A DNA stretch of 62,811 nucleotides, the filler included, from Deltaproteobacteria bacterium (GTDB taxonomy: Bacteria > JAEEML01): assembly GCA_016283195.1 (NCBI GenBank). It is 3 parts of 3 records of this genome, joined end to end, with 100 filler letters (N's around TTAATTAATTAA, not from the genome) between each part and the next. Parts side by side here need not be neighbours in the genome. Positions count along the whole stretch, not along the records: positions 1 to 23,985 come from JAEEML010000014.1; positions 24,086 to 52,705 come from JAEEML010000085.1; 1 more part is not named here. The stretch is one strand, 5' to 3'. A program made the translations under genes and the position numbers. The notes below the pieces were generated by a model. That model searched no databases. It was not told the origin of the DNA and was given only the letters and a program-made list of their open reading frames with translations. Below are positions 20,683 through 28,249 of this stretch, in pieces. Every line of letters starts with the position of its first letter. Within the stretch, counting starts at the first letter, position 1.

Positions 20683-21110
20683 AAGTTCTTTTTGATACCA
20701 ACATTATTATAGATGTGCTAGCCCGCCGTGAAGAAACCTATGAAGCATCTTTTTCGGCTATATCTTTATGTGATGGCCTTACTGTCAAAAGCTGTATAAC
20801 TTCAAATACAGTAACAGATATTGCTTATATTCTGCACCGTTATGGACACACAAAACAGCAGGTTAAAGCTGAATTAGCTAAACTGTTTTCGATTATTGAT
20901 ATTCTGGCGGTTGATTCTTCGGATTGTACTTTGGCTTTAAGCTCTCCGGTGGAAGATTTTGAAGACGCTGTCCTTGCTGAATGTGCCAAACGCAATGGTG
21001 CCGATTATATAATTACACGAAATTCTAAAGATTATTTGCTATCGCCTGTACCTTCGATGTCGCCTTGGGCATTTTGTGAACTTGTGGGTTCGCAGGAAGA
21101 AAAGGCGTAG
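20679..21110 (+). CDS. PIN-domain (VapC-like) toxin
   Basis: VLFDTNIIIDVL, DFEDAV and IITRNSKDY motifs. Confidence 0.88.
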   Translation: MKVLFDTNIIIDVLARREETYEASFSAISLCDGLTVKSCITSNTVTDIAYILHRYGHTKQQVKAELAKLFSIIDILAVDSSDCTLALSSPVEDFEDAVLAECAKRNGADYIITRNSKDYLLSPVPSMSPWAFCELVGSQEEKA

Positions 21111-21145
21111 AAAAGGGGTAAATTATCATGTATTTTCCAATGATT

Positions 21146-21178
21146 CCCCCTCGCCGCATTTGTAAAAATGGGGAAAGT
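21146..21178 (-). repeat. Module A hairpin, reverse copy
   Basis: Reverse complement ctttccccatttttacaaatgcggcgagggg is a variant of the 19100/49927 hairpin. Confidence 0.65.
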
Positions 21179-21194
21179 GGGGCAGGGCTGGCTA

Positions 21195-21209
21195 CCCGCC
21201 TACGGCGGG
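21195..21209 (-). other. GC hairpin with GTA triloop just downstream of the FISUMP gene stop
   Basis: Coding strand CCCGCC-GTA-GGCGGG lies about 10 nt after TAA, with no U-tract. Confidence 0.55.
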
Positions 21210-21219
21210 CTGCTCAGCT

Positions 21220-21966
21220 TTAGTCCCTAACGCAGCGCACGGAGAAGGCGGTACCCTTGTGGTTGTTGTACACATTAGCATTGCCATTATCTAAGTACAG
21301 GTTGTAGGCGTAGTTGCTATTGTCCTCGTTCTCCGTGGCCGACCAGAAGTAGGCGTAGTTACCGAAATTGAGGTAATTGCCACCGTAGTAGCTGCCGGCG
21401 GGCAGGGCGCCAAAGCCATATTTATCGGCACCGCTACCCCAGCTACTAGCCCGCAAGTTCGTAGCACCAGTAGAGTTTTCGCCGCCAGCATAAATAATCA
21501 AAGCGCTTAGTTCTGTTTGTGTTGGTAAATGCCAGCCGCTGGGGCACACTTTCTGGGCATCCTCAAAGGTGTATAAGCAGCCATAGTTTTTTATAAAATC
21601 AGGATCTTTAGCGGTATTAGCATAGCAGGTTAACTTGCTACCGTCATTGCCGGTAGTGATATCCATATTTTTAGCTGTCCACGTTTGCCCATTTATAGTT
21701 ACTTCGCTATTTTTATAGGGAACACAGGCAGTATTTTTATAGCAATATTTACTGTCGGGGCAATCATCGTCTATTTGGCATGTTTGCGCACATTCGCCAT
21801 AAGCAAAAAGGGTGCTTTGGACGCATATAAATCCTTCTAGGCATTCATAATTTTCTGTGCATGAATAAGCAGCCTCGCTCGAAGTGCCATCGATAAATTC
21901 CAAACAGCCGCCAGTAGCTAAGAGAGCTAGAATTAAGTGGCTTAAATATATTATTCTTGTTTTCAT
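21220..21966 (-). CDS. FISUMP (Fib_succ_major) domain lipoprotein with Cys-rich N-terminus
   Basis: Lipobox TGGC. QTWTAKN, YGCLY, CPSGWHLPT, GFGALPAG, YFWSAT and SVRCVRD motifs. Confidence 0.88.
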   Translation of the reverse strand: MKTRIIYLSHLILALLATGGCLEFIDGTSSEAAYSCTENYECLEGFICVQSTLFAYGECAQTCQIDDDCPDSKYCYKNTACVPYKNSEVTINGQTWTAKNMDITTGNDGSKLTCYANTAKDPDFIKNYGCLYTFEDAQKVCPSGWHLPTQTELSALIIYAGGENSTGATNLRASSWGSGADKYGFGALPAGSYYGGNYLNFGNYAYFWSATENEDNSNYAYNLYLDNGNANVYNNHKGTAFSVRCVRD

Positions 21967-21975
21967 GCTTGCCTC

Positions 21976-22749
21976 CTACCAACTGCCACTAATAGTTAAA
22001 AGCGCTGTTTGTTTGCCAACAGTAGGTGAAAGAGTGATATTTTTCTTTTTTTTATCTTTTTTGTGCTTTTGGTGGTGGACGCCAAGAGCAATAGCTGTGG
22101 CTACAGCGGCCCCGGCAGTGCCAAAAGCTATATATGAGCCTATTTCCAAATGGCGGCCGGTTTTGGCCAGGCGATTGATTCTTATTTGAGAATAGTGTTG
22201 AGCAACATCAGAAGTTTTTGTGTTTTCGGCATAATTAACAGCTTTAACCATTAAAATGGCACCAGCGGTTATGCCTAAAGTACCACCTACGCTACCAACA
22301 ACAACTGAGCTGATAAGATATCTATTTCCTTTAGCTTTTTCTTTGTGTGGGGCCGCATTCTTTTCAGCTCCTTCTTTGGCGAGAGCTTGATCTTTAGCTT
22401 TTTCAGCGGCTTCAAGGCGCGCTTGTTCAGCTGCTTCGGCTTTTGCTTTAGCATCGGCTTCCAAACGCGCCTTTTCTTCTGCTTCGCGCTTAGCTTTAGC
22501 TTCCGCTTCAGCCTTTTTTTGGGCCTCAGCCTCTAGGCGGGCTTTTTTTTCGGCCTCACGCCTGGCTCTTTCCGCCGCTTCGGCTTTGGCCTTGGCCTCC
22601 TTTTGCCCGGCTGTGTAATAAATATCATCACTTGAGCTGCCATACGGGTCGCTACTTCCATATATTCCTTCATCCACATATTGCCCAAAAGCTGGCATAG
22701 AAATGGCCATGAGGGCGATAAATGCTGTAAATGCTCTTATTTTCATCAT
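21976..22749 (-). CDS. Exported protein with TolA-like Ala/Glu/Lys repeat and C-terminal membrane anchor
   Basis: Signal peptide, EAEAKAK repeats, two Gly-rich hydrophobic segments and terminal LLTISGSW. The C-terminus is paralogous to that of 54186-55832. Confidence 0.7.
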   Translation of the reverse strand: MMKIRAFTAFIALMAISMPAFGQYVDEGIYGSSDPYGSSSDDIYYTAGQKEAKAKAEAAERARREAEKKARLEAEAQKKAEAEAKAKREAEEKARLEADAKAKAEAAEQARLEAAEKAKDQALAKEGAEKNAAPHKEKAKGNRYLISSVVVGSVGGTLGITAGAILMVKAVNYAENTKTSDVAQHYSQIRINRLAKTGRHLEIGSYIAFGTAGAAVATAIALGVHHQKHKKDKKKKNITLSPTVGKQTALLTISGSW

Positions 22750-23717
22750 TTACCCCCTTTGCCAAAGAGGCCTAAAAGGCCGCCTTTCTTTTCCCGTGGT
22801 TCTTCTGGCTTTTGCTCTTCTTGCTTAGGAGCCACACTTATTGTTTTTTTGTAATTATCGGCGCTTACTTCTTCCCAACTGGCAGCGATGGTTTTGGTGT
22901 ATTTAATAGCGAGACCAGCCCCATAACGCACAGTGGCGCATTTTTGGCTGTGGTCGCCATTTTCTCTGGAGATGGTTTCGCAAACCTGTGTTTCTTCCAT
23001 ATTCACGTTGATAACCGCGTGGGCACCAATTGCCGCCGCTTTTACCAAAAGATCGTGGTAGAGCATACTAGGGGGAGTATTCATAGAATCATCGATAATC
23101 GCCCGCGAAAATACGATATTTACCGGCTCATAATCTTTCATGGGCAGGGTGTTTACATCAAAAGTGTAACCCTTGATAACCTGGCCGTTTTTTTCTTTGG
23201 TGTTGATTGTAAAATTGTCATCACTTCTAACTTCTTTATTTTCAAATTTTACATTGAAAGTATTTTTGACTGAACTGCCTGATATTACACTATATTTAAA
23301 TTCATTGTCACCTGCTGTCATGGTGTTTGTGTAACGAATGGCTAGGGCCGAGCCATATCTAGTGGTAGTACAGTGCTTGGCTTTATCGCCATTAGCATTT
23401 AGTTCCATGCAGGCTTTGCTTTCCTCAATGTTGACATTGATAATGGCGTGGGCTTTGGCTTCATGTGCCTTTATCATGAGGCTGTGCCAAGCTTCAAGCG
23501 GGGGAGTTTTATCGGTTTCATCCAAAATATCACGAGTAAAAACCAGTTTAACCACTTCAAAATCTTTTACCGGCAATTCGCTTACATCAAAGGCATAACC
23601 TTTTAAAGTTGCGCTGGTTTTGCTGAAAGAGCTGCTATTTGGGCTGGTGGCCGGAATACAAGCTGATGATAAAACAGTGAGCATTAATAGAGCAGACAGA
23701 GTACAATAATTCTTCAT
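22746..23717 (-). CDS. Lipoprotein with two tandem YbjQ-like domains
   Basis: Lipobox LSSAC. Two copies of KGY.FDV..LP.KD.E.V..VF...KA....AHA.INVN.EE...RYG..LAI.YT. Confidence 0.6.
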   Translation of the reverse strand: MKNYCTLSALLMLTVLSSACIPATSPNSSSFSKTSATLKGYAFDVSELPVKDFEVVKLVFTRDILDETDKTPPLEAWHSLMIKAHEAKAHAIINVNIEESKACMELNANGDKAKHCTTTRYGSALAIRYTNTMTAGDNEFKYSVISGSSVKNTFNVKFENKEVRSDDNFTINTKEKNGQVIKGYTFDVNTLPMKDYEPVNIVFSRAIIDDSMNTPPSMLYHDLLVKAAAIGAHAVINVNMEETQVCETISRENGDHSQKCATVRYGAGLAIKYTKTIAASWEEVSADNYKKTISVAPKQEEQKPEEPREKKGGLLGLFGKGGK

Positions 23718-23820
23718 ACAAATCTCCTTATGATATCAAAAAATATGCAAAATTATTGAAAAAATTGCGGGTTATGTGTTGAAATGTTTTTAGAAATGTG
23801 CTACACTTAAATAAAGCGAC

Positions 23821-23900
23821 TGAACTGAACTGAACTGAACTGAACTGAACTGAACTGAACTGAACTGAACTGAACTGAACTGAACTGAACTGAACTGAAC
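23821..23900. repeat. Simple sequence repeat (TGAAC)16 in a leader ORF
   Basis: 16 perfect copies, with a minus-strand ATG at 23905 immediately before the tract. Confidence 0.9.
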
Positions 23901-23985
23901 TTCATGTACCTACCCTTAAAAGCTAAACAAAAACAAAGGGAAGTGTAGCACGGTGGGGAAGGGAGCGCAAGATGAAAATGTAGCA

Positions 23986-24085
23986 NNNNNNNNNNNNNNN
24001 NNNNNNNNNNNNNNNNNNNNNNNNNNNNNTTAATTAATTAANNNNNNNNNNNNNNNNNNNNNNNNNNNNNNNNNNNNNNNNNNNN
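23986..24085. other. Artificial contig linker
   Basis: 100 bp of N with a central TTAATTAATTAA six-frame stop. Confidence 0.97.
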
Positions 24086-24404
24086 CGGCTAGCCATTGGG
24101 TGCTTTTGCGGTCCAATAGACATTTTATCAAAAGATCGGCATAAAAGAGGTTGGTATTATCTTTGCGCCGCCAGTTGGGCTGGGTATAAGGCTCACTGCT
24201 AAAAATGCCAAAACCGGCCACGCCGTCTTCTTCGCCCATGCCTACCATGTTAAAGATATAGGCGTCGCCCGCTTCCAGATCTTCATGGTCGTAGATGCTC
24301 CAGTTGTGCCCAAGAGTACCATCGGCCAGCCATTTCATGCCCTTTAAATGTTCCTGGTATTTCATGCTAAAATTGGGATTCCAGCGCAAAATATATAATT
24401 TCAT
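24086..24404 (-). CDS. Hypothetical protein, possibly EVE/PUA-like, truncated by the gap
   Basis: YILRWNP...WS......AGD.......G..G.G.F.SEP pattern. Confidence 0.45.
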
Positions 24405-24425
24405 GCTCTATCTCCACAGAAGTTT

Positions 24426-25961
24426 TTACCATTTATATAGGAGCAAAATACCCCTGATGGCCTGCTCCAAAAGGCGATCGCAACGGGCGATGGGAATGAT
24501 GCTCTTTTCGGCGGCTGGTATATAGCCCTCATATTTGGCTAGCCGGGCCCAGTTTTCCAGATTGCGCGGCGAAATTACCGCATCCAGCTCTTCGGCTTCG
24601 ATTTTCTTTTTTAGCTTGTGATAAACGCTCAAAATGTTTTTTAGCACCGGCCGGCACTCGGGCACGCGGGATAAAAGCATGCGGGTGATGGCGGCATCGC
24701 TGAGAGCGGCCAATTCGATAATGGCATTAAAGCGGTTATAGAGTGCCTGATTGAGTTCTTTAGTGCCAAAATAGCCCAAATTCATGGTGGCTAAAAAGCG
24801 AAAATTTTTATGCCTATGCACCACTTCGCCGTTATCCAGGCGCACAAAACCGTTGTCGTCCAAAAGAGAGTTTAAAAAAGCCAGATATTGCGGTTTGGCA
24901 AAATTTATCTCTTCAAAAACTACTGCCCCGCCGTCGCGAATGGCCTTTGTTACATAGCTCTCCTTAAAAATTATTTTATTGCCCTCGGGAATAAACTTGC
25001 CCAGCACAAATTCATCGAGATTTTCGGTGCAATTTATGGTCTCCATAATGGGCAGGCCGCTAGCTTGACAAAGGAGCTTGCAGCTAATGGTTTTACCGGT
25101 GCCGGCCGGTCCGTGAAAGAGCACAGTGCGCACATCGCCGGTGGCAAGAGCATTGGCGAGAGGCAAAAGCTTTTTGGGCAAAACAAATTCGGCACTCAAA
25201 GCGGGAATTAAAGCTCTCTGTTCGGCAGAAAATTCCTCCGGCGGCAGGCCAATAGCCGCCACATCATTTTCTTGCAAAAGGGCCTTTTTATTGCTTCTGA
25301 CGATTTCGTAACTAGCGGAAAAGCTTGTGAAATCATCGCTAACCGGCTCACCTGGCTCCGCATAGAGGAGGTTATAATTATCGAGCTTGTGCAGCTGGTA
25401 GAGATCTTCGTTAAGATTAACAAAAAGGTCGGGCGTGGGGTCTTCCAGAAAGCGCTCCATAAAATCGCGGTATGCCCGGGTGCGTTCCAGCTCGCGGGCA
25501 CATAATATGGCAAAAGCCGGCAATATTTTATAGTGCTCCATGAGCTCGGCGGCGGCGCCGGGCAGAAAATTACCAGCCGCGTCGTAGGCCCCGACGGTGA
25601 TTTTGTCGCCCTTTAAATGGGCTTTATAAGCAAAAATATCGGCATCTATTACTTTATTTTCGCGCCAATCGGCCGGGACACTCGCTGCTAAAAAATACTC
25701 GTTTTTATGCTCATTTACCCAATAATCACCTTGGGGAAAATCAGGAGTTTCCGCCTCTTTGGTGAGCCCCATGAGCAGCGCGGAGAAAAAAACAATGGCT
25801 TCGCCTATGGGCTGCGCCAGGGTGGTGGTGCCGTTAATCGACTGATTATCCGGGTGCACATAATATTGCGTGGCATCGCTTAAGTGACTGAAACCAAAGC
25901 CTTTATAAATGGCTTTGTCGTTTTCGCGCTTTAATTTAAAGGCTAGTTTGAAGAGCTTCAT
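24426..25961 (-). CDS. MoxR/CbbQ-like AAA+ ATPase (AAA_5)
   Basis: GPAGTGKT, VVFEEIN, ATMNLGY.GT.ELN.AL.NRF and ISPRNL motifs. Confidence 0.85.
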   Translation of the reverse strand: MKLFKLAFKLKRENDKAIYKGFGFSHLSDATQYYVHPDNQSINGTTTLAQPIGEAIVFFSALLMGLTKEAETPDFPQGDYWVNEHKNEYFLAASVPADWRENKVIDADIFAYKAHLKGDKITVGAYDAAGNFLPGAAAELMEHYKILPAFAILCARELERTRAYRDFMERFLEDPTPDLFVNLNEDLYQLHKLDNYNLLYAEPGEPVSDDFTSFSASYEIVRSNKKALLQENDVAAIGLPPEEFSAEQRALIPALSAEFVLPKKLLPLANALATGDVRTVLFHGPAGTGKTISCKLLCQASGLPIMETINCTENLDEFVLGKFIPEGNKIIFKESYVTKAIRDGGAVVFEEINFAKPQYLAFLNSLLDDNGFVRLDNGEVVHRHKNFRFLATMNLGYFGTKELNQALYNRFNAIIELAALSDAAITRMLLSRVPECRPVLKNILSVYHKLKKKIEAEELDAVISPRNLENWARLAKYEGYIPAAEKSIIPIARCDRLLEQAIRGILLLYKW

Positions 25962-25981
25962 TCCCTTTACCTGCGCTGATT

Positions 25982-26416
25982 CTAGTCGGCTACCTCGGCG
26001 CTGACCCAGCTGCCGTCCTGGTGGCGGGTGAGCAAAATGGCATGGTCAAAAAAGAGGCTGTCGTCATCGTAAAAAAATTCTACGGTTTCCCCGCTGCCGA
26101 TGACAATAGATTCCAGGGAGATGCGCTCCTTAAACTCCTCTGGCGTGATATCGCTTTCGCCTTCTGCCTGCCAGGTGCTGTTTTTTTCGTCTAAAAGTTC
26201 AGCGGTAGCAAAATCTTTGGCGCTAATATCTATCTCGCTGAGCTGGCCAAAAAGATCGTGCAAAGTGGTAAGGCTCTTGTTAAAACTCTCCTCATCTTCG
26301 GCGGAGAGGCAAACATCTACCTCGGCGGCAGCAAAATTTATCTGCCCTAAATACCACTCCATGCGCTCGTCGTACTTAAATTCCCCAAAATCGGCATCTT
26401 TATAAACTTTTTGCAT
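25982..26416 (-). CDS. DUF2262 domain protein
   Basis: LLDEKNSTW....ITPEEFKERISLESI.....FFYDDDSLFFDHAI motif. Confidence 0.75.
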   Translation of the reverse strand: MQKVYKDADFGEFKYDERMEWYLGQINFAAAEVDVCLSAEDEESFNKSLTTLHDLFGQLSEIDISAKDFATAELLDEKNSTWQAEGESDITPEEFKERISLESIVIGSGETVEFFYDDDSLFFDHAILLTRHQDGSWVSAEVAD

Positions 26417-26776
26417 CTTTCCTCCTTAACTTTACTAAGGCGGCGGCCCAAATAAGTGCCCGCACATCTTTATGCCGCGCATTATTGCATGAAGGGGCGC
26501 ATTTTGCACGATAAAAATGAGGCAGCAGGAAAGAAGCCAGCTTATTTGGGACAAAATTCGCTTAAAATATGTAAGCTAACTTTGCCATTTGCCTGGATAT
26601 ACGCGTTGAATTACCCAGGTGGTTTTGCTATATTGCGCCGCTTGGATATATGTTTGAGATGTCAAATTTAATATTGACCATCTAAGAGCAGCTTACTATA
26701 CTGTATAATGGTTTTATGTATTTGCCATTTGCTGACTTAGTGTATTATTAACCGCCATAAGGAATCGGAAAAGCGT

Positions 26777-27004
26777 ATGCGTATTAGCTATAGACCGCTT
26801 TGGATCAAGCTTGCTGAGAGGGAACTCACGAAACAACAGCTCAGAGAAATGAGCGGTATCAGTACATCAACTCTTGCCAAGCTTGGCAAAGGCGAGAACA
26901 TGACAACGGATGTGCTTCTTAAAATATGTGAGGCGTTGAATTGCAATATTAATGAAATTATAGAAACAGTACCAGATGACAAAGAAAGGTTTAGAAATTA
27001 TTGA
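26777..27004 (+). CDS. Cro/C1-type HTH regulator heading the BREX locus
   Basis: ISYRPLW..L...L....GIS.STLAKLGKGE.....VL.KIC.AL.C.I..I.E pattern. Confidence 0.88.
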   Translation: MRISYRPLWIKLAERELTKQQLREMSGISTSTLAKLGKGENMTTDVLLKICEALNCNINEIIETVPDDKERFRNY

Positions 27005-27029
27005 GATTCCGGTTGCCAACGAGGTGTAA

Positions 27030-27662
27030 GTGATGCTTCAAAAATCGAACCATGCGCTCAAAGATAATAGCCCATATAGTGCAACGATTACTCGAGAGCA
27101 GTTTCTCTTTTATGAAGTGCGCACGACTGCAAAATTAGTCTGTGAAGGGCTTAGCAGTAATGAGGTTGTAACTAGAATCATGAATGAGAACCTGTTCCAG
27201 TACCCCACGGAAAAATCCGTGAAGAAGATGGCACTGGCCTGTCTCCGGAGGCTGGCGGCGTTAGAGGACAACACGCTGGTACAGGCAATCGCAACACAGC
27301 CAAGTGATGTAGCCAAGCAGATTTGCCTATATGCGATGATGCGCCAATATCGTTTGGTCTGGGATTTTATGCTGACCGTTATCGGGTCCAAGTATAAATT
27401 ATTAGACACCTCGTTTGGTAAGATGGATTTGAATAGTTTTTTCATGCGCTTGCAGGAGCAGGATGACTGGGTCGCCACATGCAGGGAGTCCACGGTTACC
27501 AAGCTAACACACGTATTGCAGAAGATGCGGGTCGAGAATGAGTACCTCGACAGCACAGATGCGAATCACCTGAATCTAGTGCTGATCGCCCCTCTACTGG
27601 AAAACGTCATTCGGGTATCTGGGCAGGAGCTTGCGCTTCCGGCCTTCAACTGCCTGAACTAA
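27030..27662 (+). CDS. brxA: BREX BrxA (DUF1819)
   Basis: YSATITREQFLFYE, NLFQYPTEKS and LVWDFM motifs, plus locus position. Confidence 0.88.
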   Translation: MMLQKSNHALKDNSPYSATITREQFLFYEVRTTAKLVCEGLSSNEVVTRIMNENLFQYPTEKSVKKMALACLRRLAALEDNTLVQAIATQPSDVAKQICLYAMMRQYRLVWDFMLTVIGSKYKLLDTSFGKMDLNSFFMRLQEQDDWVATCRESTVTKLTHVLQKMRVENEYLDSTDANHLNLVLIAPLLENVIRVSGQELALPAFNCLN

Positions 27663-27670
27663 AGGAGGTC

Positions 27671-28234
27671 GTGCACATGAGCAATTTAATGGAACGCCTT
27701 GAGAACCTCCGAGCTCTAATTCAGGAGCCAGAGTTCTTGGAAGGTAAAGGGCTGAGCAACGAAGTAAATATCCGAATTTTCTGTTATGATCCGAAGGAGG
27801 AGATGACCATCAGGCACTTTACGGAAAAGCTGATGACCGATCAAAGCCTGAAATGCCACCTAATAGAGTACAACCTGTACAAGGTATTTCTCTCCATCTG
27901 CGATGATAAGCGGATCACGGATCGGGTGGCACAGCAAGAGGAGAAAAAGGGAAAGCAGTTTGTACTGGATCAGATGAAGCGTATGGCGAACAACAGCGCT
28001 TTTATTCGGAAAATGCAGTACGAGCCACATGAGCATGGAGACGTAATTATGATCACCGGTGTCGGAGAGGCCTTTCCGTTTATCCGAGTTCATGCCCTGC
28101 TGGATGCGATGCAACCATACTTCTCTGATGTTCCGGTGCTGGTGATGTATCCGGGGACTTTCGATGGCCGCTATGTAAAACAGTTTAACAAACTAACGCC
28201 GAATCCGTACTACCGGGCGTTTAACGTGATATAA
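27671..28234 (+). CDS. brxB: BREX BrxB (DUF1788)
   Basis: GKGLSNEV.IRIFCYDP.EE, TGVG.AFPFIRVH, MYPG.FDG and YYRAFN motifs. Confidence 0.92.
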   Translation: MHMSNLMERLENLRALIQEPEFLEGKGLSNEVNIRIFCYDPKEEMTIRHFTEKLMTDQSLKCHLIEYNLYKVFLSICDDKRITDRVAQQEEKKGKQFVLDQMKRMANNSAFIRKMQYEPHEHGDVIMITGVGEAFPFIRVHALLDAMQPYFSDVPVLVMYPGTFDGRYVKQFNKLTPNPYYRAFNVI

Positions 28235-28249
28235 GAAAGAAGCCGCGAC

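Noticed and set aside
19209-21248. Integron attC cassette array
   Set aside because: GTTAG/CTAAC motifs are present, but there is no proper RYYYAAC...GTTRRRY long imperfect palindrome and no intI. The repeats are better explained as FISUMP coding ends.
23821-23900. CRISPR array
   Set aside because: A pure 5-bp tandem repeat with no spacers, and no cas genes in the window.
23986-24085. TTAATTAATTAA palindrome as a biological site (also 52750-52761)
   Set aside because: It is centred in a 100-bp N run and is a standard six-frame-stop contig linker.
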